Positions 1 through 13,605 of a DNA stretch of 64,000 nt are shown piece after piece (position 1 is the first letter of the stretch; each line of letters starts with the position of its first letter). Under the pieces are notes generated by a model. That model was not told the DNA's origin, made no database searches, and saw nothing but the letters and a program-made list of their open reading frames with translations. Origin of the DNA: Antedon mediterranea (taxonomy: Eukaryota > Animalia > Echinodermata); assembly GCF_964355755.1 (NCBI RefSeq), contig NC_092674.1, positions 10,354,001-10,418,000 on the forward strand. The letters run 5' to 3'. Both the position numbers and the translations under genes were made by a program.

Positions 1-637
1 TATTTTAGCCAAGTAATTAAACTCATGTTCAAATGTCAACAAATCACGCAGACGATCACCTACGCGCCTGCTCACTGTGAAACGCACTAAACACTCTAAT
101 GGAGAACATTAGACTAAATATTACTATATATGAATGTCAGTAACCGCAAGTGCAGTGGGTTTTACTTCTGTCTGTCTGTCCATATGTGTGTACAATCAGA
201 ATTTGATTATACTACAGAATAAAACCCCCTATTTTTGCTTTGGTATACTTTTCAAACTATAGAATAACGCCATAAAAATATGTATTATAGGGCTCCTAGT
301 TTAATATGTTAGAAATTGTTCCTCTTTTGTGGGAAAAAAGGAATTTTTCCCCTACCAACTCCCTATTTAAAATGATAAAGGATGGAATAAATAATGAAGG
401 AGGAATGAATAAAAAGGATTTGTTTTGGACACACCTTGAAATGTTCAGGCCCAAATCAAACATGCTTTTCCACCACCAGTAATGAACTATCTTAAGCACA
501 ACATACACATGTGTTCTTTTAAAATTTTATTCTCAATTTTGCAAAACAAAAAACTTTACCAAGTATACCTACAGTACATATTTCCAATGAATGCGGACAG
601 TGTAATGATATTCCTTATATAAAACAAGCTAACCTGT

Positions 638-1511
638 CAGTCGCGGATCTACAGTAGGGGGGTGAATAGGGTGGCCAGCCAACCCCCCTTAATTCTAAAA
701 AAAAAAAAAAAAAAGATGCAACCTACCCGCGATTGACCGTCGCTAGTTGTGGATTAATCTTTTAATTAAGAAGAGTTAGCCTAGGCCTAGCTAGGACCTA
801 CTAGAGCTGCTAGGGTTAGCATTAATAGTTGTGTAAATAGGCCTACACAGTGAAAGAGCTAAGAGTTCAATTACTATTATGAATTCAAGAGTTTAAAAAG
901 AAAACGCGATTTAAAATCTTCAGAAAATACCCACAACTGAGTTATTTTCAAAACGCACGCACTCCTAAACTACCAGCGTCACGTTGTCTAGCTCGCTCAT
1001 CGTGTGAATACTGACATGGTGTTCTTTTATTATTTTATAGGCATAAAATAAACATAAAATGTTTTGTATGTACACAGGACGGCCGAAAAAAAGTATGTGG
1101 TGTATTTGTTGTTTTTTGATTTGTGTTATAGACACGGCGATTACTGCAATCATTGTATACCAAATTACATTGAGTTATTCACCCGGTTGTAGGGTATATA
1201 TCTCTGAGGTTAACAGATCACCAAAACACGGTACACAACACATGCACTATCGAGGCATTTTCGGAGTACCGCATTTACCAAATGTTAATTTTGTTTGAAG
1301 GTTTTTCGATCAAAGTTTATTATTAGTTCGTTGAAAAAGATCCGTACAGTATTTAGGAAGAATTTCTTTAAATTTACATTATGTAACATTTGTTATTAAG
1401 TGTGATGGAAACAGTTTCTCTAGCCTATTAAACAGTGTATATTTTTTCAAAAATTTTCGGAGCCTCGGGAGGGGGGGCCTCCCCCCTCATCAGATCCTAG
1501 ATCCGCCACTG
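638..1511. mobile_element. Non-autonomous DNA transposon (MITE-like) with 14-bp TIRs
   Basis: cagtcgcggatcta (638-651) vs tagatccgccactg (1498-1511); G/C-run subterminal segments; no ORF; no clear TSD. Confidence 0.65.
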
Positions 1512-3289
1512 CTTGTAGTGTAAACTAATGTATTACTACAACAGACTGATTAGTTACTGTATATGGCATTACGCTTACGGTAATGTAACAGTCTGATAGT
1601 TATATGGCTAGCTTGATGTAACTGGTGGTGTCTGCTATTGTCAAGCTAGGATTAAGTGCTAGAAGTATAAAAGATTAAAACAATACACTCAGCTGTACAG
1701 TAGTTAAGCCATACAGTATATATTTTTACGCAAGATTAAAAACACTCTTTGAAACAACAAAATTATGGGTTATTTAATAGCAAAAAAATTATGGAAAACA
1801 GAACTATTACTATAGTGCTGCAATGTAGCTAGGATAATCTTATTTATCCATAGTGGACGTGATATAAAAAGCTAAATGAGTGGGTGGTATTGAAAAAAAA
1901 CTATATTTAAGTAACCAGGTGTTTCTTGGGTGGGTGCTGTCTAGCAATTAGGCCATTTGGGTGGAAGCTTTAAAACAGGCTTTTAAAAACTTTGAAGGTG
2001 GGTGTCTCTACCCACCTCTAAACATAATTACATCCATGGATGCATGATTAACTACACCCTGGCTTAACATTTTTTAATAAAAACAAAATTAGATCATTTT
2101 GAGGGTGAAACCGACAAATTTGATACTGCAATTAAATAAAAAATGACATGACATTTGGCAACTTTAGAATAACATTTTTCAAAAATTATGGAGAAAAAAT
2201 ACATATAAATTGAAAGACATACAGTACAGTAGATATGGTAGTGTTTTGTAACTTTAATCTACCATTAAAGTAGTACTGTACTGTAAATACATGTTACAAC
2301 TTCAAATAAAAAATATTTCTATAAAGGAAGTACTACACACACGACAAATTTGCATTTAGTAGATATTGAGATAGTATTATAGAAACCGAAAGCATGTTTT
2401 GGTTGAGATTCAACGATATTAATTAAATAAGTACAAGTACATATTTAACATATTAGACGCATATTAGACACATCAAAATGCTCTCTGAGGGAGCCCTGTT
2501 CTCTTTTACAGTTGTTGCCTAGCTTTTAAAAAGTAGGAAATGGATTTTCTAGATTATCATGAATTTTAGATTCAATAATTCAAGCTTAAGTTCTTTAACT
2601 AGAACTTCAATAAAAAAAAATTCCAATATAATAGACCCATGTGGCCTGACTACAAAATTCGGCAAAAAAATAGGGTATGGGGTTAATATAATCTTATATT
2701 TCATATTGACAAATCAATGTTTTATAGCAAGAAAAATATAGTATATTTAGGAAAACTTTTATTATTTTAATGTATGCAACATAATATAGGGTGAAAGGTC
2801 AAATTATGTCATTGAACTAGTGACCTCATGATTTATAATCATATCCGCAAGAAATAATGTAGGAATGATCATAGTAACACATGGTGAGGAATAGCACCTT
2901 TACTGGATATTAATAAGCATTATTTAAGACGCAATGACAAATGCTTGCTTTCTAAACCACAGTGAGTTGGCATGTCTCATCATTAGCATTCAGATGAGTA
3001 TGTGATACATAGAAAATCCAAGAAATGGATTAGGCTGTTGGGATTCTTATCGTTTGTAGTCACTTAATGGATTGATTGAACGTCAAATTAATACTGCTGT
3101 ACTTACAGTCTGCTTAATGTCGTAGGTCATTAGGGAGGCAATGGTGTGGTGTAGGCATTAAGGTCACAAGTTCAAATCAAATTAAAATAATCTTTTTGTG
3201 ATAGATAATATAATATACATGGTGACAATAAATAAAATTTCAGATTTGGACATTTCTGATACAATAATACAGGGTATCCACTTCTTCTC

Positions 3290-3720
3290 AATTTTTACCC
3301 ATCTTTTAAATCCCATCACACCATCTCAATACTTCTCCCTCTCATTTTCAATTCTTTCCACTCCCTCTTGACTCTTTCCACTGCTTCCCAGCTCTTTTCA
3401 CTCCCTCTCAACCCACACAACCAATTGCAGGCACACTCAACCTTTTTTAATCAGTCTCAACCCTCCCATCAGCTTTGTCACATCCTCTCAATCCTTCTCA
3501 CACTCTCTCAATCCCCCTCACACCCTCTCAGTCCTACTCACACCCTCTGAGTGAATCCTTCTCACACCCTCTCCATTCTCCTCACACCCTCTCAAACATA
3601 CTTCATCTCAACCTTCCACCTGTCCTATCAACCTATCCTACACTCACTCTCAACCCTCCTCACGTTATCTCAATCCTCTTCACGTCCTCACAACACTCCC
3701 CCCCCCCCCCCCACACATAC
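3290..3720. repeat. Degenerate C/T-rich low-complexity repeat
   Basis: Recurrent ctctca/cacaccct/atcc words with almost no G on the plus strand. Confidence 0.6.
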
Positions 3721-5297
3721 TTCTTACAGATATGCGTCCGCATTCAACTAAACATTTCAATGCACACTGAACTCTCTCATAACTTAAAAATCCTCTTTTA
3801 AGGCCCCACGTATTACTATAAACAGGTTTACAAGAAATAATAACTACATTTATTTGACATGTCCAATTCAAACTTTTCATAAATAAAATTATCTACTTCT
3901 ATTGTATTTTCTACCTGCTATTACTAATATGAAAAAAAAAAATACAATCTCTTCACCTATTACGAATTCATCAAATTCTGTGCAGAGTTGTAAAAAATCA
4001 TCTAAGCGTAAGAAATGATTTGGCATATTTCACAATAAAACACGTGCAAACAGCATAGAGACCGACCAATTTATCACGTAACAATCGTAATGTCCATGCA
4101 CATAAAGTTTAGAAGAGAACGCATTGCTTGTACGATGCTTAGTCATGCATGTTATGATAAAACAAAGCAGAACAGGATCATACATATCGCTACATTAAAG
4201 CCAACCGTGGCATAATTTTAATTTCATTCAGAAACCATCTATATAAGAATGGATTCATTATTATTCACTGATGCGGTAAATTAACAAATTAGATTTAGAG
4301 TATGCACTCAATCAGTTAATTCTAAAAAAAAGAATTAATTTAAAGATACAATTTGAGATCAAATATACTGTAGTGTAAATTGCTAATAAATAAATTTTAT
4401 AGCAATATGAAATTACAAAACAATAAAATATGGAAACATTCCATTTATTATAGAAGTTGACTTATTTGTACAGTACATCTGTAATTTTTGTGAAAAAAAT
4501 GAAGTGATGCTTACAGTAAATGGAGAAAAAAGTTTCTTTAGATCTTTCTCTGCTACAGTAACACTATGCCGTTTATTTTAAAATAGATTTAATTTCATTT
4601 ATTGTCAAAATGTACATTACCCAAAATTCAATGCACTCAGGCAGTCACACGTTCATTGGGTATTTTTTTAAATCATTTTGAGAATGCTATTTAACCAGAG
4701 AATTGAAAATTGTCTTATTTTTGCAAAGAAATTGCTAGTAATTTATTCAGCAGCAGAAATAGACCCTTTGCCTAAAGTGGAGATGAAGAGACAGTAATGA
4801 ATCCCTCTAGTGATGTAAAGTATCTGTTGTAACTTATTATCAATTCATTAAGTGATTAACATGTTTATATCAACACTGTTGAATCTCTAAATAAATCTGG
4901 AATCTGCCATTATTTCAATGGGTTTAATTACTTAATTATTGATGACTGTGTCGTTTACAAAAATGACCTATTCTATTTTTAAATGTTTCTTCAAAGGTTA
5001 TAATATCCAGGATACTGAAGACAATTACAGTATAAAGCCAAGTAATTAATCAAATAATTGATTTTCAAACCTCTAAATCTTTCTGTTTACATCAATCGTC
5101 GTCTTACTACTTTATATATTTTTAGCTACTTGTTTTAATAAAATTACGAATTCTATTCAAAAGCAATCATAATCTTTTAAGAAATAATATAATAAAACTA
5201 TTAAGTGCTATTGTACTTTACTACAGTGTAGGCCTTTAAAAACATTATAATATTCTAACATTATTAATTATTTAAGGATGGCACTCATCTACTGTAG

Positions 5298-6135
5298 TTT
5301 AGTGACCACGCCTAGTCTGAGACGCCCAGGTTAATCGAGTGGACCAGCCTAGTCGAGTGGACCAGCCTAGTGGTCTAGTCAAATCTAGTCTAGTTTAGTG
5401 ACCACACGTAGTCCGAGAAGCACAGGTTAATCAAGTGGACCAGCCTAGTCAAGTGTACCAGCCTAGTGGTCCAGTCTAGTGGTCCAGTCTAGTCAAATCT
5501 AGTTTATTGACCACACCTAGTCGGAGAAGCACAGGTTAATCGAGTGGACCAGCCTAGTCGAGTGGACCAGCCTAGTGGTCCAGTCTAGTCAAATCTAGTC
5601 TAGTTTAGTGACCATGCCTAGTCCGAGAAGCCCAGCCCAGACGAGTGGACCAGCCCAGACGAGTGGACCAGCCCAGACGAGTGGACCAGCCCAGACGAGT
5701 GGACCAGCCTAGTGGTCCAGTCTAGTCAAATCTAGTCTAGTTTAGTGACCACACCTAGTCTGAGAAGCACAGGTTAATCGAGTGGACCAGCCTAGTGGTC
5801 CAGTCTAGTCAAATCTAGTCTAGTTTAGTGACCACGCCTAGTCTGAGAAGCCCAGCCTAGATGAGTGGATCAGCCCTGACGAGTGGACCAGCCTAGATGA
5901 GTGGACCAGCCTAGTTGTCCAGTCTAGTCAAATCTAGTCTAGTTTAGAGACCACGCCTAGTCTGAAAAGCCCAGGTTAATCAAGTGGACCAGCCCAGACG
6001 AGTGGACCAGCTTAGTTGAGTGGACCAGCCTAGTCGAGTGGACCAGCCTAGTCGACCAGCCTAGTCGAGTGGACCAGCCTAGTCAAGTGGACCAGCCTAG
6101 TCGAGTGGACCAGCCTAGTCGGGTGACCTAGTGGT
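5298..6135. repeat. Compound minisatellite: 18-bp cgagtggaccagcctagt units interleaved with a longer gtctagtcaaatctagtctagtttagtgaccac...aagcccaggttaat unit
   Basis: Directly visible periodicity. Confidence 0.9.
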
Positions 6136-9100
6136 TAAGACAGGAGTTGTGCAAACCACAGGAACTAAATACCATAAGGCCATCAAAATATATACTTGTT
6201 AAGCGTCAACCTCTGAATAAATCTGAGGGGAGGGAGGGCGGATTTTTTTTCATACTATATTTTAATAGTTCATCGACATTGACTCATTCTATCATTCTGA
6301 AATAAACTGACAAAAACAGAACAAATAATTCACTATACATTCAACTTTAAGAAACCATTTAATGCAATAATATTGTTCCTGTGCGCTTTCAATAATCAAA
6401 TGTTACGATTTTACCACAATTTTTAGTTGTTTTCTTCGTCAATTTAATAAAAACAGAGGCGGCTCGAAAATCATATAAAAATTATATAATTTTGTTTGTC
6501 CTAATACAGTAATGTGTGCAAGTAATATTAATAAACCTGGTCTTGAATATATTAATAACTGTCATTGTAAAATATTCTATACAAGGTTTATTTCAATCCG
6601 ATAATCATCATAATAACAAGGTTAATATTGTTGACCTAAAATCGAACCAGACTTGATATAAATCATGGGGAAAAAACATCAAATCAAATTCTTTCATAAG
6701 ATCAAGAACAACTTGTTTGTTTTTTTTTTCATAATTTTTTTGTTAGATACTATAGTAGTCACTGACCAATTTTAATATGGTAATATAATTTAGTTAGGAA
6801 GGATAAAATGAATTAATTTGAGACAGAGCACTTGACAAGATTTCAATTACTCTACTACCTGATGTACACCAGTTAAAATTTCAAAACAGGATATGTAAAT
6901 TAACCTCAACACCCTAATAAGGAAATAACACCTTATAAGTAGGCGGATATCATTGGTCAGTTGAATTAGTTAAAGAATGAAACATCGTTCTCCTCCAATC
7001 AGTTGACTAGCAGTGAAACAATAGAAAGACTACTTTTGTTTTGTGTATAAAATAACCAATAAAAAGTACAGTAATGTAATGTTCGAGTTCTTCGAATCGT
7101 CATTACTCGTGGTGCTGTACATGTCATGCAGACACTTCCCTTTTTTAACTTCAGATGTTGGCATGTATGCAATGTCATTCATGTGACAATGGCTTGGTCA
7201 TGTGACGATGAGCTGGTCATGTGACAATGGGTCAGTTCATATGACATTAGCTCAACCTCATGAATACATATTTGAACAATTCAATTTCACAATTGACAAC
7301 AGAATATTTAAGCTTAAAAAAAATGTAAACAGGAATTTAGAATGTATGTTCACACATCATACAGAGTAAGGCCAGTGTATAATATGTCTGTGTGTGAACT
7401 AGGCAGTGGTGTAGTCAACAACTTTTCAATCTATAGATTACCATAGAACTTGGATAAGCCTTACGGTGTATGTGTGAACGTACCCTTAGTCTGTAATTTA
7501 CCTAATTCTTACCTGGCTTTTTGTTCTTACAGTATCCCCGATACACATTTCTTAAGAATTTCAATTATCTATCAAAAATATGTCATTGCTATGTTAGATA
7601 TCATACAGTACAGTCCACTATATAATCTGTAGACATTAATTAGGCATTTCCTAATATGCTGATGTTAACAGTTTTCAATACAACTGATTAACAATGGCAA
7701 ATATGTAATGTGACGCATCAACGGTTTTAGATCATGAATATTCATAATGGACTCTGATATAGTTGCTTTACTATAAATACAGTGACAAAAGGTTTTTTGA
7801 CATTACAATGCAAATTTGATATCTATAGAGTAATAACAGTACTATACAAAATTACATATTATGGTCTACTAATTCACTTCACTCTGGACATATATTACTA
7901 GCTGCAACCTAAACAGGCTCGTGTACAGATAGGCCTACTATTAATTATAGAATATATTTGATCAAATTACTTTTTACTAAACCAATTTTTAATATTATTA
8001 TTATTTATAGTAATTATAGTAAAGTCATTTTCATTGTTCACCTTTCTATATCTGGGCTGTTTCAAGTTGACCAAAACGTGTCTTTACTAGAGAAAGAAAC
8101 GCACTTGTCTGGCGGTGTTTTTTTTGTGCAGTGTTCTTTTGTACGAACATTATAAACTCTAATTTAGAAGTTGGCCCAGCTCACTGCCGTCGATATCTGG
8201 GTCATGCTATATCCCGGGGGACCAATGCGTAGAATCCTCCATTTGCAAGAATCGGCAATTAATTCACAACAGTATATTTATAAGTCTGCCCACTGTAACT
8301 TTCGTTGGGTTGTTTACAACTCCAACTCCTAGAATGAAGCATGTACTAATGACACAGATAAAATAGACAATGATATAATAATAACTCCACAGGTGTTCGT
8401 CAATTATAACTAATTAAACTGCAGGTCTTTAACCTTCTCACCTGGCCCGATTTTCCCAGGTAGCATTACTCTGTTATCCTGGCTCGGTGAAACATCCCGC
8501 TGTCCGATGGGTCAGTAACATCTGACCTTAAAAGGAAGCATCATCTGGATACAATGACCCCTGCAGCTATAATTATACTCCAATGTTCAGGAAGACTTCA
8601 GCTTATGACTACTATGACCGAGTATAGTGATTATTTTTCATAAGTGGAAACTGTGTGTATCGCGCCATTGCATTTAGCTTGTGGCCTAATTGTTTACAGT
8701 ATAGTTATTCAATTGTTTCCCAAATAAATAGTGCAAAAACAGTCAACTCTCCTAATACCGGACACTCTGGGGCTAGTCAAATATGTCTGGTATTCTTAAT
8801 TTTCAAAGGTAAAAAAAGAATTTAGAATGTTTGTTTGTCTGTTTTTAGGAGAGTTTTTGTGTTTTCCAGCGAGTCCCAGAGATTTGCCTCTACAGAATTA
8901 CAGTTAATCAAATAACAGGATAAATGATTTAGTGTGTGTACAGTTTAACTTGCATTCGAGCATGTGTGGTTTAATGTTACATCAGATATACCTCTATATC
9001 TCTCCGAAAATTGAAGGCACATTGGAGTTATTTTGCCCAAGCACTTGCGTCGGTTGTTACACGGATGAGTGGAACTCCATTCTATGAACACTTACTGTAC

Positions 9101-9957
9101 TGTAACCCTACAGTATTTTTTAATAAACTAACTACCAATCCGGCTTGGAGCGATACCATTCTTTTGATTTGTATTACTGTACAAACAGGTAAATAGATTA
9201 CCTACCAGTGACAAATTACTGTTGCTTTGTGTCAGATCTCCATACAGGGCTGTGCCAGTATGATAATTTTTAAAATCCTAATTAAACTTTGCAATCATAC
9301 ACTAATATTTTATATATATTACAATTTCAAGGTGAAGTGAATATGCAGTTAGTCTTATTATTGGCTTTTGTTACGAACACAATTTTCATGATAAATTATG
9401 ATATGAAATTGGAAACACTTGTTTATAATTAACTTGTTATTATCTTTATGCAATCTTCTTCTTAAATACCTATTGGCCAGTATGAAGATTATGAGATAAA
9501 CTGTTTGTACTTTTGTGACTGAGCAATTTTTTAAAGACACGTTGCCTACGTTTTTTCGATCTAAATTATGATCACAAACTGCATGCAAATTAAAACCTAC
9601 TGTACTGCGATAATTTTGTTTGTCTAGAAACGATAAAAATGTGAAATATAAGGCGATTCAAATAATAGGTCTTAGACCATCCATGAGAGGACATTCGACG
9701 CGAGCTACTTAGATACTGTGTATTCTTTCTTTCTTTTTATCATTTTAACCATAAAACGTACCTTTAAGACAAGGAATGACCTGGTTTAATGTTTATATAA
9801 ATAAGTAAGTAGTAAGTAAATAAGTAAATATGCAAATAGGTAATAAGTAAATATGCATTATTTTTACAAAACGTTAACAATTTTAGGGATAGTGTCTTTA
9901 ACAAAAAATAGCTGGTTTATTTTGGTAATATTATATTACCAAGTTCAAAACAAACTA

Positions 9958-10274
9958 TCGGTGAGTGGCCGAGCGGTTAAGACAGTGGAACCGTAATCAC
10001 GTAGCCATAACATCGGCAGGGGTTCGAGGCTCACTCACTCCATGGTTCTGGTGGTAGAACGAGTCTTCTCGGATAAGGACTATAAACCGTAGGTCCAGTG
10101 TACACAACTTGCTCGTGTGCACTTTAAAGAACCTAGTACATCTTTCGAGACGAGTAGGGGGTTACCCCGGTGTATTAGTACATCACAGCCACTGATCACC
10201 AACTAGGCCCTCTGGGAGACCAGTCTTTGACTGAAGAGGTTACACAGTATAAATATATATTTCAATCAATCAAC
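9958..10274 (+). mobile_element. tRNA-derived SINE with Deu/Nin-domain-like core
   Basis: A box tggccgagcgg (9966), B box ggttcgaggc (10021), core taaaccgtaggtcc...ttaaagaacc...gagtagggggttaccccggtgt, (tcaa)n tail. Confidence 0.8.
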
Positions 10275-11687
10275 CAGTGTTTTCCTGTAAGTCCTCGGTT
10301 TGCCAATAAGAGATTTACCATAATAAATTAGAATTTTTTTTAAATAAATTAAACTTACTGTAATTATAATAAATTAAAAAAAAACACTTGAGTCTACTAC
10401 TATAATAATTGTTCGTTGACCCGGCCATTAAAAATATTAATTAAGCGATCAGGAATTGAGCGAAATACTTGGCCAAATGCAGAGCGACAGAGGGCGAATT
10501 ATTTAGCATATACTAAATATGTACAGTAGTATACTTTGTCAATTGGTACTGAAGTAATACAGTATTTGACTTTTACAAACAATAGCTTAGAGACCTGGTT
10601 TGTATGTTTTTCCACGTGAGAATATAAGAGAAGGGGTTAGGGGGGGGGGGTGCTCTAGATGCACCTCTCCATTCTAAATTCGCCTCTGTTTACTTCATTG
10701 TCCGGATGATTTTTAAATTGGGAGAACTCAATAAAAAAACTCAATATCATAATATTTTCCACTCTCACTCAGTGTTATTGACCTATTTGAATGAATTATG
10801 TTAATTAGGTATTTTAATAATACTAACTACCAATTACCAAGACTGTATGTTTAATAAGGTTTATTGCAGATGGTGATAGTTTTGAGTATGCAATGTATTA
10901 TCCAATGAACAATATTGCAAGCGGATTGATAACAATAGAAAACCATAAGAGAGAGAGTTGAAATAAAATGAACTATACAATAATCCAATGGCAATTAAAA
11001 GCCGAGCCATATGCTCAAGGTTGTAAACTGCTGACAAGGCATTTTCTGATAAACAGAAGGTGATGGTGCGGTATGAAAAACAGCTGAGTGGGCAATTCCT
11101 CCGGGATGTCAATTTGATATGTGTACATTATATTTACATTACTACATTATATGCAGACTGAGTGACCAGTATATTATTAATTCAACCGATACATTACATT
11201 TATTATGCAGACGACATGACAAGGAGATCGTTGGCACTACTGTATCATGTTAAAACATAAAAATGCAGAATATACAATACAAAATAATATGTCAAAACAT
11301 ACATTTTAGAATAGGATAAAAACACATTTTATATCATTCACAAATTGCATTATTTCTTATATTACAGATCATAAATAAATTTTCATATTTTGATTTTTGT
11401 ATTATATTTTCACAAACATACAATATTACTGTATGTAATATAACAAATTATTTTAATGAATCAAAAATGTTTATGGGTTTAGAGTTACAATTCCATTGTT
11501 AAACAAGTAGTTCACCAATAGATGGCATTCAGTCAAAATACGTAACAGGATCGTAAAGATTTGAGGGAGGGAGTGAAAAGTGGATTAATGGGAGTGAAAA
11601 TCAGGGAATTGGACTGAAAAAAGTAGAAAATTAGGAATGAAAAGTAGAGGAATGAGAGTGAAAAGTACATGAATTTTGATGGAAATT

Positions 11688-11897
11688 ACACAAACCAACA
11701 GTGGTGTTGGTAGTCTATGAGTGCCGCTTACCTGGATAAACCAACATAAGCCTCTCTCTCCGACGAGAGGTAAACATTATGAAAAGAAGAACATTAATAA
11801 CATTAATTTTCCCGCACCCCCGTCGGATAATGGATCAGTCCACCACCAGTACGCCCTCAAGTGAGACACGCCCACTTAACATCGTCATCATTTCTTT
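11688..11897. mobile_element. 210-bp insertion, probable 5'-truncated retroposon, with 18-bp TSD
   Basis: tgaattttgatggaaatt at 11670-11687 and 11898-11915; insert ends in a catcgtcatcat microsatellite-like tail. Confidence 0.65.
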
Positions 11898-12419
11898 TGA
11901 ATTTTGATGGAAATTGTGTAAATTAGATTGAAATTGAGCAAATGGAAGAACAAGAACAAGTTTCGACAGAAGCTGCCTGTATCCTATTTAATTTGAATGT
12001 TTACCATGGAGAAATCAAATTAATTCCTTCATGGGAATAACATTTACAATTTTGTATACATTCATGTCAACACACCTTTAAATTTGCTTCAGGACAGAAG
12101 TACAAGCAGACATTATTCATATTTGATAGAGTCTAGACTGAATGAAATATATTATATTATATAAAGTTTGTAACTTTTGAATTTACTTTTTTTAAAAATC
12201 AATGAGAATATAAATTTTAAAAACAATATAAAAATAAATAATTTATATCAAATATGAATGTACTGTATTACATATAAATTATAAAGAATGAGTGAAAATT
12301 TAATTATTCATTCGTTTTTTAATTTAGTACAGTAATATTGTTATCATCAACAGTTGTGGCTGTGGCATGGTGGATGGGTAGGCCCCCACAGGAGAAGCTG
12401 GTTGTGGACAATTGACCAT

Positions 12420-12905
12420 TGTGTGCTTGTATACCAGAGGGTGCGCTTAAACAGTATTCCTGGACAGTGAGCTTATTTACCAGAGGATGTGCTTACAGTA
12501 TACTAGGATGCATTTATATAGGGAGTGTACACTTACATAGCCTACTGGAGGGCACACTTATATAATGGAGGGTGAGCTTATACAATGGAGGGCGCGCTCA
12601 AAATTGAGTGTGCGCTTATAAACCGGAGGGTGCTCTTATAAACTGGAGGGTTTGCTTTATATATTGGAGGGTGTGCTTATATACCAGAGGGTGTGCTTAT
12701 ATTCCAGAAGGTGCGCTTATATACTGGAGGGTGCGCTTATATACCGACGGGTACACTTATACACAGGAGGGTGCGATTATATGCCAGAGGGTGCACTTAT
12801 ATACCCGAGGGTGCGCGTATATACCAGCAGGTATCTTATACCGGATGGTGCACTTACAGTTATACTGGAGGGTTCGCTTATATACCAGACTTATATACCG
12901 GAGGG
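12420..12905. repeat. Degenerate 20-bp tandem repeat (tataccagagggtgcgctta)
   Basis: About two dozen diverged units; explains the spurious ORFs at 12608-13055. Confidence 0.85.
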
Positions 12906-13605
12906 TATGCTCAGTGTTCTCCCCAGGCCTTTGAAGCGTCACGGTACCGTGACGCTTGGGTTCTCTACCGTGACGCTTTACGGTCGGCCGTGACGCTTAA
13001 AACCTTATCCGTGACGCTTAAAAATATCAACCACAACAATCTAAAAATAGATTAACAGGCAGGTACGGTACTTTATCTCTAGAGCTGAGGCGCGGCATGC
13101 ATAAAGAGCCTAATGCATACGAGACACGTGACATGACCACTAGACGAAAAACAAAAGACTGCGTAACAAAGTGTTAAAAAACGGAGACTCGCTTTCACCG
13201 GCCGCCGCCGAGAGATGTAAACACGTGTTTTGTTACTGCCATGTCTCTCTTTCGATCTCTAGTATTTGGCTGTTGCCTAAATGTAGTAACTTGTATATAT
13301 TGTAAATAAAGTAAATGATTGATTGTATTGTTTTTCTTGTAAAAATGTTATGTGTATTAAAAATAAATATCGATGATATTATTATTTTCAATATCACACT
13401 GAATTAATCGACTCTATCGGTGGGATTTACTCTTTCGTCGGTAACATACGCACGTCATCAAATGATTTCTAGGCGCAATTCAATGCTAGCTGCTTTGATC
13501 GTATAATACATTCAAGAAGGCTACGATCGTTTTCCTATTTGCTAGTGCGCTAAAGTCTTATTTCACTTAACTTAAGGTACATTTGTACATCGGTGCTAGA
13601 ATGTT

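Noticed and set aside
3368-3880. His/Pro/Ser/Leu-rich ORFs
   Set aside because: Low-complexity C/T-rich DNA lacking stop codons by composition
9960-10040. Possible tRNA gene
   Set aside because: A and B boxes present but no proper cloverleaf; continues into a SINE body
12608-13055. Overlapping 108-120 aa ORFs in three frames
   Set aside because: Products of a degenerate 20-bp tandem repeat
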